DNA of 64,000 nt from Paraspadella gotoi. Its lineage: Eukaryota; Animalia; Chaetognatha. Positions within the stretch are counted from its first letter, which is position 1. Every line of letters begins with the position of its first letter. The stretch covers positions 14,980,963 through 15,044,962 of the forward strand of contig CM119265.1 in the NCBI GenBank assembly GCA_051294375.1. The letters run 5' to 3'. The notes below the pieces were generated by a model. It did no database searches. It worked only from the letters and a program-made list of their open reading frames with translations, and was not told where the DNA came from. The position numbers and the translations under genes are program-made. Positions 1-13,200 of the stretch are shown piece by piece.

Positions 1-50
1 TCTTCGAAATATGTACATTGTACAATATCTTAAGATTTTTTTCAAAAATA

Positions 51-3000
51 GGTTTAAGCATGGTAACAGAACGTTGTGAACTAGAAATGCATAATGTCAG
101 AAATGCGTGTGTTTCTGGAATGGATCATGTATATCACACTTGTTTGGATAAAACAACTTACACAAAAACAAAATGCAACGAGGCACTTTCAACTGTAATA
201 AATGGTGGAACATGTGACGTTCTTCAAGGTTCTGTTCAATAAATAAGACCATATACGAATAGCACTAAAATTTTCTTTAAGAATTAATAACTAGTATTAA
301 CAACAGTATTAACAGGCAATAAATGCTGATATCATTTGATGTCCTTTTACAATCGATAAAACTAAAAAACAGATTTCACAAAAATAATAAATCAATCCAA
401 ATGTAGGTATCGCTCAGACATGCATGGTTGTAGACTGGGGGCAGCTTTGTACATCGGTGGACTGGCTTGATCCCATTTCAAAACGTTGTAGAGAAGACAT
501 GGGTGCCATTCGACGTGATTGTGAAGCTGCTATGACAGCTGTGGAAAAAGATTGTCGATGGATGGTGGGAAAAGCAGTCTCAGGTTATGAGCTTCTTCTT
601 TTTCTTGTGATTGTCAGTGTTTTTCAAAATTTCACAACTTCATTTACAGGAGCATTATGCAAACCGGTTGATCTAGCAAAAATGACCTGTGTGGCTTTCA
701 AGGAAGCTGATAGTTTATGCTCCTTAGCAACGGTTACGCAAGGAATGTGCAAGAGTCTGAATAAAGCAGCAAGAAACTTGGAATCATTCGGCGAAAGCGT
801 AAATGAGGCATTTGATGAAGTCAGAGACTACTTCAAAGTTGATGCAGGTAATACTTAACGGTAATAACAAGTTTGACAGAAATATGTTCCAAATCATACA
901 CTTATTCAAATTAAAAGGACCAGTTGACTGCCGACGGCCTTGTGAAAATACCAATTCTGTTCAACATTACCATAAGCAGTTATATAATATAATACAAAGT
1001 CCGACTACGTGAATTAAACTAAAGTTAGATTAAATTTAAAAATGAATAAATTATATAATGGATATTTTAATTGATAGCGCTTGATTTAATCAATAGTAAC
1101 AGAAATAAAATGTCATCTTGAAGTAGGCAAAAGTACAAATTCACAGAGAATTTTTTTTTCTTTAGTCGTGATTGGCGTCGCGAACACAACCCACAATACG
1201 TCGAAATCGAGGGAGCAAATTCAAGCTGCGATTAATACAGAAATAGAAGAGAGAACACAAACGCTTCGTTGGTTAACAGACATTGCTGGAAAACTACTTC
1301 CACTCACCATTCTTTTCTTATTAATTTCTTGTATTTTGTATATGAGAAAATATTTAAAAAACATAGAACACGATAACAAGTATATAACACCTAAATTTGC
1401 TGAAATTGACGACACTCTCGGAGCTTCATTTGGAAAATCCGAGAAACTAATGCCGCTTAAGCCACATGAGAAGGAAAGGTGAATGTAATGTTTATTGGGA
1501 AATGTGATCACTAAGTAATAAAGACAATATTAAATATGAAATTTTCCCTTACCCCAAGATATCAAGTTATACGCGGAGGATGCTGTGGACTGAAAATAAG
1601 TTGGATGGCAATAATTAAAGCAATAATTCCAATTATTTTGCACATGATCTTTTGTGCGCTCATTTGTCTTGGAGATTTTGGATTGTGGCTCATTTTGGCG
1701 GTTGCCAAAAAGCATGGATCTGTTGAATACAATGTGGAAGGAACGGCGAAATCAACCTATGAAATTAAGGTAAAATTAGTTTTTTTTTTTTTTTTAAATT
1801 ATTTTTGAATTATTCTTGGAACTTGTACCCTTACAAGGGTGATGGAATATTTGCAACTCTTCTGAAGGACTTCGTAGAGAGTTTATCCATGACCAAGAAA
1901 TACGAGATTAACGTATCTTCAGAATATTGTCTTCCTGAAGCCGTCCCACCAAATTGGAAACTAATTATGATTTGTCTTGGGCTGTACCTTTTGTCATTGT
2001 TTTGCGCCTTGTTACAAGGCTATGCCGTAAGAATTAGAGGAATCATCGCGGGCTTCTTTTTCCCTGATCGAGAAAAAGAGCGTTTGCTACACCTGAGAGA
2101 GAAAATAATGAGAAATCGGGTAGCAGACTCTATAGTCTTTGGCAGTAAAAGCAGCTGGAGTAGCAAAGGTAGCGGAGGTAGCGGCATTGGAGTAAAATCA
2201 TTTCAAGATGATCGCATGGATTATCACAAAATAATCAGTCCACAAATCCCACCAAAACCGAAAAGCACAAACAGATCACTTCTGTCTTCATTTAAAATTA
2301 AAAACAAACAACCGAAAGAGAGCGAATCTATGGAATCAAACAAAATGAGTCGTGATAGTTCGGCCAAAACTTTTCAAACAAATGTGTCAGATGATTACAA
2401 CGATGGTTTAGATTCAGTCGAAGAGGTTGTCCACCCGCGCGGAAAAAAATTTGACGTCATTAAAGAATCAGAAAACTTTGTACAATCTACAGATTATAAC
2501 TTTAAAGGAAAATTTTCAAAAATTCCGGAAAGACATCAAATAAAATCGAATTACAATCTGTCTGAAAATGACAAAGACACAAAATTGCTGCCAGGTATAA
2601 TCAAACAAAATTTTCTCTCAATTTACTTTCCAAAAAAAAATGAAATCATATCTTACTTTTACTCAATTTGACTTTCATAGATCCCAGATTAAAGGCTACT
2701 GCGAATCAGCCCTACAACGTCAGTCGGATGTCAAGTCAGATTAGTAAAAAGTCGAGCAGCAGCGGAAGCATCGATAAGATCCCAATTAGGGTTGGGATAA
2801 ATCCAGCAAAGAAAACAGAAAATCGATCGTTTTTTAGGTACGTCTCACCGAGTAAGAAATTAAGTTCAGTAGCATAATTTTTCTCTGGTTTTTAGCTTGG
2901 ATTTTGAGATGGGAGATGAGATGGAATGGGAGTACGAAGAGGCCAACGACGAGTTCGACGATCCAAGTTACGTCATTGGTGGCTCTGCGCATCAATGTGA

Positions 3001-4155
3001 AAGATTATTTAGCAAATTTGATGACGAGGTCATCATAACTCCGACCAACGAAGAAGAAATTAAGGAATTTACAAGCGGTAAGAAATTAAATATAGAGAAT
3101 GAGCAACGCCAAAAACCAAAAAAAAGCAAAAACGAATAAAACACAATAGTTTTTGATAGAATTAAAACAATTCATAAATTAAAAAATCTTAAAAGCATAA
3201 GGATCGTCGCATCGCATAAGAAAAATCTGGATTGACGACAAATTTTGATACTAAAAAAAATCAAATTTGAGAAAAGAAAATTAATTTATAAACAGAAAGA
3301 AAATAATAAATATAAAAGAAAGAATAAAAAGGAAAGAAAAAATAAAATTTTTATCCTTTAATCATACCGCAAATTCACTATTTAAATCCGACTCAGGCTT
3401 CCGTCTCAGTCACGAGCGGGATTACAAAATGCAGCACTGCTTGACACGTATTATCAGCATCGAAGAGGAGGCTCGTCAAATGAGCGGAAACGAAATGCGC
3501 CACATTCAAGCCAACCTAACAAGAAATCTAAGCGGACAGCAGGATAAAAACACAGAACCTATAGCTGTAGTAAGACCACGTGTAAGACAACTTACTTCAC
3601 TCGACTTCAACGAAAGTCCAAAAAGGCCAAACCAACTTCTTCTGCCATTTTCGTACAATAAAGAAATATCAAAGGTAAAATAAAAGGCAAATTTACTGTT
3701 TCGCAACACCCAGTTAAAAAAAATTATTTTCTAAGAATTTAACGCTTGTAATACAGGCTAAACGTATTTCCCGGTCCTTGTCGGATATTTTACAAGAAAT
3801 CGAAGAAGAAGAACCGTTAGACGGTGATTCCGACATGGAAATGGGAAGTGAAAACGGCGATGTACCGATGCTTGACGCTATGACAAGGTTGTTTATAACT
3901 TAAATTTAACAAGATCTTAAAAAGACCACTTGCTTAAAAATAATAAATTTTATTTTCAGGTCGACTTCGGCCGAGAGTCTTTTGGCGATGTTAAATGGAG
4001 CACAAAAAAAGCGCGACCATGCTGCTCCCAAAGATTCTAATAACAAACCCCATCTCAAAGGGCCAAAGGCTAAGCCCTACTCTACTGAATTTCTAAGAGC
4101 GATTCAAGCAGGCAGGGTGCATATGTTGAAACCGAAAATAATTATGGGAAATTAA
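51..4155 (+). CDS. DC-STAMP domain-containing protein (DCST1/DCST2/sneaky/SPE-42-like), multi-exon, 5'-partial
   Basis: Cys-rich ectodomain exons (51-850) and TM segments. The motif YLKNIEHDNKYITPKFAEIDD...GKSEKLMPLKPHEKER and the segment LLQGYAVRIRGIIAGFFFPDREKERLLHL match the DC-STAMP domain. A low-complexity tail is spread over further exons, the last open exon ending TAA at 4153-4155. Tail exon structure is tentative. Confidence 0.75.
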
Positions 4156-5746
4156 TGTCAAGTGTATGCTCTAAATTTAAAAAATCGGCGACCAAAGTGA
4201 AGAGTCTTGAACAAAAACTACTAAAAAGCATAAACACCTCCACCTGCTGTTGTTCTGTGAACCTGATATATCCATTAATAACTATTAACATTCAAGATAG
4301 GCAAGAACATAGAAAGTTTTAAGAAGCCCATTTATTTTAATACACAACGAACTTGTCGCCTCTATATTATAGTTTTAACATTAACGCGCTTATTATAAAT
4401 ATAATTTACTTTGCCAATTTTTGCGTGTTGGTGCTAGTCTTATTTTGAAATGTTTTTTCTTAAATTTAATTTTGACTTTTAGAAAATTTGTTTTCGTTTG
4501 TCAACCAGGAGTGAAGCATCAAATTGTGAATGGTTTACTAAAATTGCGGCTGAATAGTACTCTCTTAGAGAGTTTTGACTGTGATCTCTTCGGCGGAATT
4601 TTATACTTGCATGTTTTTCCACAGAATATTTTTGCTGTATTAACTTTGTTTTAATTTTCCAATAAAATTGAATCGGCTCTGATTTGAACTAATAGGAATC
4701 TCAAGATGAAATAATTTATAAAATAATTATTGATCAAAAACTAAACGAGATCCCAATTTTAATTTTCTATTATTTGTTCATAATGTTATGTTCAAATCAG
4801 ATATTTTAAATTATTATTATAACAAGTTTTTAATCAAAATTTGAAGTATCCAGTTGTCAAAAGTAAAATGACTTTTATAATTCCAAAAATAGAATTTGCT
4901 TTTTGTTCTTTTGGTCCTCTCCATCATCAATATTTAAAAATTAGACAACTTCTAGAAAAAAAAAATAAAAAAGTATCATCATTTTTCATTAATACGAAAT
5001 AAAAATTAGAAACAAATCTTTAACAACAAAACAAGAAAGGTTACTTAAACTTAAGAGTTTTTGCGCAAGTACTCGCAGCGCAACTAAAAATCCAACTCAG
5101 CTTAAGCATTATGCAACACACAACCTATTTGCGTAATAAGTACAGAAGATTTCATATTATAAAATTTTGTAACCAAAATATGTTCCAACCCGATAGAATA
5201 TCATGAAATTTTACATAAAGAGCCCTAATGACGATATAAATGGAACTATCGAGGCGAATTTTGATATTCAACCCCTGCTAAGAGATACATTTTTTTTAAA
5301 TTCTTATGTTAGCACCAGGTGCAATGACGTTTTAAACATAAAAAAAATTTTAGAACTAAAATTGATAAATTGTCCATAATTAAGCATGAAGTTTGAAGAA
5401 TGGTTTCATTGTTTTACTTCAAATTTTCCCCTATTATTCCAAATCTCACTTCAATCGTTGTTGTTCATGAAGCTGAAAATTAGTGTAAACTAATATTTTT
5501 GTGATAATAAATACGTTTTTATGGAAGAGTAAACATTATGCAACTGAAAAACAATTTTGACCTTTTTTTGCCCTTATGGGTGACCCCTCCGGGGGCCCAT
5601 AAGCCATATCTCGGCTTAGGAGGCAAATATTGAAATTCGCCTCAATAGTTCTATTTGTATTCACATATGGATTGTTCATACCAAATTTTAATGAATTTGG
5701 ACCAGTAGTTTTTTCGTAACGTGTTCTGGTAACAAAAAACGGGTAC

Positions 5747-6736
5747 TGTGGCGGTATATTCACACCGCCTCACGTCCACCATCCTTCAGCCAAATCCATT
5801 GGCTCAGAGGGGGAACACACCATCGCAAAGCCAACAGTGAGATGCCCCATCCCAATGGGCATCACAGGCAACCCGGCTGTTCCCATAAGTGGTGAGCCCT
5901 ACTATCGAACATGCAACCTTCTCAGGGTACGCTACAACAAACGCCTATGCCCTGCTGACTTCGGGTACGCTATGACAAATGCCTATGCCCCTGGGGTATG
6001 CTACGACAAATGCCTATGCTCCCACAACTCACGCTCTCTCTCCCACTATGGTAACTGTCTGGTCAGACACCTCTAAGGCTGCAGGAACCTGAGTGGTGTC
6101 TTGGCCGGGGATCCTGTGGCGGTATATTCACACCGCCTCACGTCCACCATCCTTCAGCCAAATCCATTGGCTCAGAGGGGAACACACCATCCAAAGCCAA
6201 CAGTGAGATGCCCCATCCCAATGGGCATCACAGGCAACCCGGCTGTTCCCATAAGTGGTGAGCCCTACTATCGAACATGCAACCTTCTCAGGGTACGCTA
6301 AAACAAACGCCTATGCCCTGCTGACTTCGGGTACGCTATGACAAACGCCTATGCCCCTGGGGTATGCTACGACAAACGCCTATGCTCCCACAACTCACGC
6401 TCTCTCTCCCACTATGGTAACAGTCTGGTCAGACACCTCTAAGGCTGCAGGAACCTGAGTGGTGTCTTGGCCCGGGGATCCTGTGGCGGTATATTCACAC
6501 CGCCTCACGTCCACAATCCTTCAGCCAAATCCATTGACTCAGAAGGGGAACACACCATCCCAGGCGTAGTGTTCCATCCACAGTCCTATTGACTTCCCTC
6601 TGCGTTGGCAAAGCTAGACCGTCCTTGGGTAACCGCGCCAGTGACTGGAGGCGTCACTGAGGGTCGGAAGCCCCCAAAGCCAACGGTGAGATGCCCCATC
6701 CCAATGGGCATGACAGGCAACCCGGCTGTTGCCATA
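5747..6736 (+). mobile_element. Tandem-array TRIM / LTR-retrozyme-like element, family A (LTR-int-LTR-int-LTR)
   Basis: LTRs at 5747-5887, 6115-6253 and 6482-6736 start TGTGGC and end (G/C)CCATA, period about 367 bp. PBS-like TGGTGAGCCCTAC follows LTR1 (5890) and LTR2 (6256). Flanks GTAC/ATAC give an imperfect 4-bp TSD. No long ORF. Confidence 0.85.
6603..6685 (+). ncRNA. Twister ribozyme motif, type P5 (in LTR3)
   Basis: CGTTGGC[P5] AAA GCTA GACCG TCCTTGGG TAA CCGC GCC AGTGAC-tggaggc-GTCACT[P3] G AGGG-TCGGAAGC-CCCC[P4/L4] AAA GCCAACG[P5]. T1 is CGG/CCG and T2 is GC/GC. Predicted cleavage U^A between 6630 and 6631. Confidence 0.75.
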
Positions 6737-7247
6737 ATACCTCATTTTAAAATATGAAACCTGTATATAGTATAGAGCCACTTTCCTTTGGGGCGAAAGC
6801 CCGGGTTTACAATTTTTTCTCTTGCGTACTCAGAGATGGGTACACTTTTTGCTGATTTTGAAATAATTGTAAACCTGGCCTTCCTTCGTAGTAGCGGTAC
6901 TTTTAATTGAGCTCATTGGGCAGGAGAGCACTACGAACTATTTGAAACATTTCAAGTGTGAAAGTTTGAGAAAATTTGGCGAATAAGATGTGCACATTTT
7001 CCTGAAAAATCAAAAGAAAACTAACTGATGAATTGAAAAAAAATTTCATGATAGTTTTATCTTGGTTCAGGATCAATTTTCAATAGAAAAAATAAAAAGG
7101 AAACAAATGTTGAAAATGCAAAAACGGTACAAAAAGGAGTTACACTTGCAGTTAATAAATCTATCTAGAATATTTGCAAGGAGAGAATAGTAAATGAAGG
7201 TAATCTTTACATATCTATCAATAGTTGTTCCTCGAACTTCAGACGTT

Positions 7248-10200
7248 TCACATGCGTCTTGCAATCACTTTTAACAACTCTGAGATAATTTTGCTCTGTT
7301 CCGCAACCAAGTTAAGCAATAAGTTAGGATCTACTTGGTTTACACTTCCAGAGAGCCACGGTAAAGGTGGACTGGGCGAAGATGAGCCAGGAACTAACTC
7401 CATACCGGTAACTGATCGGTTGAACGATAAACTGTGACTGAAAAGTCGCCCTTCTATTTCTCGCACTCGCGCCTCGAGGAGATTGGCTGAGAAGTCAGCC
7501 GAGACGGCAATATCGTATCTGCCTGGATATGAAGATTGAGATTCTACCGGAAGTGAAGAAATTATCTCGGAATCATGGGCCAGTAAAAGATCTGGGGCTT
7601 GACCACTGGCGGGATCATTGGCAATGGCGCATGCATTGGGACCCAGATTTTGTTGGACAGAAGGGGCTTTCGTTGAAAGTAAATTTCTTTCTGAATCTGC
7701 GTAACCAATGTATAAGGAAGATTTTTTTTCCGTGGAAAGATTCGTGGATGATTCAAAAAAATTATTTTCTAAGGAAAACGATGTAGAAAATTCAGATTTT
7801 GGTAACCCAGAGCAGAGCGCGACCCCATTTTCGTCACTTGAAGTAAACATCGTTGTGGCAACCCCAATAGGGCTGGGCGACTTATAATCGCTGGGACCGT
7901 CTGGCGTTATTTGCGAAAAAATGGTATCCGGTAGAGAAGAAACCTCTTCAACTGAGAAAGTAATAAAATAATTAAATCGAGTAAAATAGGCAAACAGTAA
8001 TTCTCGCAAGCAAAATTTCCGTAAGAATGAATTTAAAAATCAAGAATTGAATATATAATAGATTCTTTTCTGACCGACCAAAACATTTTTAGCCCCGAAA
8101 TGACATGTTCTATGGATTCGTCTGATCAAGGGCTGTTGATTGGTGCCCATTTCATTTTTTTTTTAAATATAGTACGGGGTGGATCAAGAGCGTCAAAGTG
8201 CTACGAGCTTCAAATATCATCTGGAGTTTTAAGGTTTTTATTTATTTTATAAATAAAAAAGTTTATTTTAACATACTTTTTACAATTTGATTTGTTTTGG
8301 CAACGAATTGTATTTAAAGCAGACATGCTTCGACTCGAGAGAGAGAGAGAGAGACAGAGAGAAAGAGGGAGAGTTTCCAACAAAGAATTGAGTAAAGGAC
8401 AGTGGTCAGATGTGAGGACAGGTGAAGGTAAGGACAGGGGAGGAGTGAGTTTGGTGAAATTTGAAATTGAGAGAGAATGGGAGAGAGAGAAAAATCTTTA
8501 CATTTGACAATGTACAACAATATACTTTTTAATATTTTTACCCAAGAAAATATAAGAATAAACGTGAACATTTATATTTTTATTATTAAAACTAATACTA
8601 ATAAAGGTTGCTTCCGGTTTTTCAGCATCAAAAATACTTTCTATACTTTTCAGGTTTAGCAAATTCAAAAAACAGCAGCAGAACGATTATGCACAATTAT
8701 TGCTTAATTTTCAAAAAGCTTTTAGCAATAGCTTAATTTAGTTGCTTTGGAATGCTCTTTCTGTACTGCTCTTGGTCGCGGGTTGTTCTTATTCTTCCAT
8801 TTCAAATTTCACTTATAACTCATTAGCTAACTTATTTCATCTTATTGTTATTATTAGTCTAATTTTAAGTTTGCCTAATCTTTATTGTAAATTGCCAAAT
8901 GTAATGATTTATCTCTCTCTCACTTTTCACCATTCAATTTAACTGTTCTTACCTTCACCTGTCCTCATATTTGACCACTGTCCTTTCTCAATTCTTGGTT
9001 GGAAACTTTCTTTCTCTCTCTCTCTCCCTTTGGCCCTCTCTCTCTCACTCAATGTTTGCAGAGAAAAAACTCAAAAAACAAAGGTAAAAAGAGTCGAAAC
9101 ATGTCCGATCACTCCGATGTACCAATACTAAATAATTCGTTGTTTTTCCCCATTAAAACTGTTTTTCCTTAAATAGGCTATTACTATAAAGAAAATTAAT
9201 GATACTGTTATACAAAATTTATTTGAAAAGAGGCTTAATTATTTTTTATTACATATACAAAGGTAGCAAAAAAATATACTTCCATCGCTCAATCTTTTCA
9301 TCATTCCACCCTACTGTACATGACCTTTCTATCAAATATCACCAAAAGTTATGCATTATTATTCGAGATATCATTTAAAACGTAAGTAGGACAGTCGGCG
9401 AGTATTATTCTGATTATAAATAAATGACGTAATGGACCCGCAATTTTACGATATTTTTTAAAAAGCTGGCACAAAGCAAAGAAAACTTACTTTTTACTGC
9501 ATGTAGAGCTGAGGCAGTCTTCGGCGGATGCAACGCTAATATTCGAGCTTTTTCGGAAAGTGTAGGAGATGCAGGAGCGCGTAAACTCGCTGAGTAGAGA
9601 GTAAGTAATTATCACCAAACGACAATGATAAACAGTTCACTTAGATGATTGAACCGGAGGCAAGTCATTCTATTCCCAACCAAAAGGTCTGGGTCAGAGA
9701 CCAAAAGCCGTTACGAGAGTTGGAGCGGTTAACCCGCCTCTAGCATGGTGCCACTGCCTAATCCGATGCTCAGGGATTGCTACGTGATTTATAATATAGT
9801 TTGGCCATTAATTTATAACAATTATTCTGAGATAAGAAACGTTTTGTTTTCAAAACGAATTTTTTAATGAACAAATCACAGACATGTTTCGGTCTTGATT
9901 TGTTTGATTTGTTCATTGAAAAATTCGTTTTTAAAACAAAGAAAACTTTTCTTATCTCAAATTCCAAAGAAAAGAAAAAGAAAGGAAAAATATACTAACA
10001 ATTATTCTGTCTCTTCAATTTATTAATTCCCCCTGTCTCCCCCAAGTCCTTTACTTCTTAAGAATATTATGAAATTGGTACAACCAATATAAAAATTATC
10101 CATTCATTCAATAAATAAGCTATCTTGCCCCTGACTTTGGACAGGCTTTGGTGGTTTAAGGCCTCCATCACTCTTACAAGATAATGAAATAGCAGGTCCC

Positions 10201-13200
10201 TGCAAGCTTTCAATCAAGACTCTCTCACAGTCTCGTTTATTCACTCCCAGAGTACCTGGCTTCCCTATCAATGAAGTGGTATAATATTTCAAAGAATGTT
10301 TCAATTGTATGAAAAGACCACTCCCTTATGTAAGACTTATCGAAAATTAAAAAGTGTACTTTAAAGTATTTTAATTTTGTTACTTTCGGGTAAATCGTTG
10401 ACGCTTTGGCAGGCAGAAACTGCGAACCTCTTGTGCACCATTATGTCAGGAAACACGATATCAGCTATGCCGTTTGTATTCCATAATGCCACCTCATAAT
10501 GAGGTCTAAATAAAAGGTAAGCAAGATGAGATTAAACTACCATTCATTTTGTTATTGAAGGGATACTAGTATTACTTACGGATAGTCTGCAGAAATAGTT
10601 CTTGGTTTGCACCATACTTCTTCTTCCTTAAGAGATTCGAAAAAAAATTCTTTTGCCTCGGCAGACCAAGACACTCCATTAGCTAGAAAAAGGGCTTTGA
10701 TAACATTATATCTTTTTTTGGGTTTTTATTGTCAACAATGATCGGTTTGTCATTCTGCCCTTTACCTTTACCCAAAAAGTTTTGGCAAAAACATTTTTAT
10801 AAGTAATATAAAACTTACCCGGAACGTTTAGGCCCATTGCCAAAGAAGCCGTTAAGGCCTGAATTGGTAAATCTAAAAATTTATGTTTGAGAAACCGAAC
10901 AGCGTGAATAGGAACGAAATTCACACCCCCATAGTCGACCCAAAACACTTTGTACTGCTTCTCATTATCGATATGGTAGGGACCGTCTTCGATCCGTCCA
11001 CGACAAAAGTTGTTATCAGGCGAAACAGCGATGCAAATACTTCCACGAACCATTAATTCTTCAGGCATAGAGTAGTGGATGCTCCGTTCTGAAAAAGCAA
11101 ACCAATGTATGAAAATTTGCAAATTACTTGTTTCACTATTTTCTATGTTAGTATGTTAGTTTTCTTCTCACGAAAGTAGTTTAAGGCAAAATCTTACTTA
11201 AATTTTGGTAAGATTCGGCTATTTGGTCCATCATGTAATCTAATTTTGAGTTAAAACCGCCTGAAATCATCTGGAGATGAAAGTGGTTAGGATCGTCAAT
11301 ATGGGATACATAGACGGGGTATGGTTTTCCAACTTCCATCACATAGGGACCAAGATACTTTTCGTCCGGCCTAACTATGTCTTCCGGAAATGAGCGCAAA
11401 TTTGACGACACCGAAAATAAAAAATGGTCGTTAAACGGAGAAGCCAATGATAATTGGCTAGAAATGCAAGCGACGTTGGTATTTTCGACATCGAAAGCTT
11501 CGACTTCTACTCTCTCGGGTTTACTCATGTTCTTCGACTGGAATGACTTGACGTAGGTTATTAACTGCGATTTAATAGAAATAAAGGGAAAATATTTAAT
11601 GGTGACGGTAGCCTAGAACTAGGCAAAATATCTACTTTAAATGTAAAAGAGTTTTTAGATTGTGAAGTATCATGGAATGCTCCGAGTAGTTGAATTAAAA
11701 AAAAAGACATCGATTTGGGATTCAGTGCTAATTTTTTTTTAAGACCATGCATTCAAACCATTTAACTAATTAATTGTTCAAGGCCAGAGAAATTGTGGTG
11801 AGGTTAAAAAATTATTTACAAGTAAGAGAAGGTGAGAGGAGGAGAGGAGACTTAGAGGGAGAGAGAAAGACACTCCTGATAGTTATGTGCAAAACCACAG
11901 CAAAATCGCTTTGCGTTTGCGACGAATAAAAATTAACAGTATCCCAAATCAATGTTTTTTTTAAAAAAGAGTTTTTAATCTAAATCCAATAAGGGAAGAC
12001 CGGGTAAAGATAGTGCTGTGCTGCAATGCTGATGAAGCTCGAAATCTGAGCCGAAACATGTCCAATTTTATCCAAAATTAAATTGTTTCTCGAAAATTTC
12101 GTTTCAACTAAAAAAAAATACACTTTACCATTTTTTATTTTTATTACATGTATAATATTGTATATTGTATATATTATTATATGTATATATTGTATATTGT
12201 ATAGACCAATGTCTTGTGTAATAATTTTATGAGTTTCTAATTAATTGTGAACCGCATTAAAGTACTGAATTTTTTTTTAAACTCACCATCTTACCCAATA
12301 GCGGGGAAAGATGGAGAGCTGAAACTGCTTTTTAAAAAAGATGCGACTTCAAATACAAACAATACAGCAAAGCATAAAAGCATCGAAACATCAAAGAACT
12401 TCTTTGAGAGACTATCTGTCTCCCTTCAGCGCGAGAATGGGGACCTGCTTGCTTCCCGAAGTCCCGTGATTGAGTTGCGCGCCTCATGTGGATGGAATTA
12501 CTTGACTTTATCCCCTGAACTACTCTTCTTATAAATTTCTTCTTTTTGGTTCACTTTTATTGTTAACATTAAAGGTTTTTTGCAACCATTCCCGCAATTA
12601 TATTTGTTTGCTCTGTTTTTTTTTTCAGAAAAAAAAATACAGCACTAACAAAAATGCATCATAGCATAACATGAAACGACGTAACTGCCATTCTTTGGCA
12701 AAAAGAAACCAAACATTAAAAAATACGAGAGAAAACAAAAACTGTAGCACGAAAGGATATCAATTCTCTTTAATTCAATCTTCACTCGTGAATTTGTATT
12801 AACTCATAGGCCATCTATTGGATTAAATCTGTAGCTTTTCGCATTATCTTGCTCGCAGCATTGACTAGAATGTTAATTTTTACATGTTATATCATGTCAT
12901 ATAATTACCATTGTTTAGAAACTATGTTCTTGTTTTTTAGTTGATTGCTTTATAAATTTAAATAGGTCTGGAATCAAATCAAATCAAACATTGATTTCTC
13001 TGGAAGCTTTTGCAGCGCCAATTTTTACATGACACATAGCAGCAATGGCCTTTTCCTAGGAATTTTCATTCAAACCACCTCTACTAGTTTTTCTAATTTA
13101 GTTTCTCATCATTATATCTAGCTATAACAGATCTAAAAAAAAAAATGATTTGTGCATCCCCATCTTGCCCCAGAAAATTTTTCCCATCTTATCCCAAAAT

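Larger units (their letters stand above)
5030..6775. mobile_element. AT-rich non-autonomous DNA element (MITE/Helitron-like) hosting the LTR array
   Basis: Internal inverted segments (about 5205-5270 vs 5600-5695: gaactatcgaggcgaattt / aaattcgcctcaatagttc). The host sequence resumes across the insertion (aaaaaacgggtac|ctcattttaaaat). Confidence 0.35.

Noticed and set aside
5837-6301. Short ORFs within the GC-rich repeats (also 50581-51123, 55100-55665, 57622-57828)
   Set aside because: They are not conserved in frame between copies and show no gag/pol motifs. The elements are non-coding.
5747-6736. CRISPR-like or satellite interpretation of the 367-bp repeat
   Set aside because: There are no unique spacers and the context is eukaryotic. 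LTR ends, PBS and TSD explain the structure.
12247-12534. ORF with FFERLSVSLQRENG resembling the C-terminus of restriction-like-endonuclease non-LTR retrotransposons
   Set aside because: It is a single short motif with no RT or nuclease core visible, too weak to annotate.
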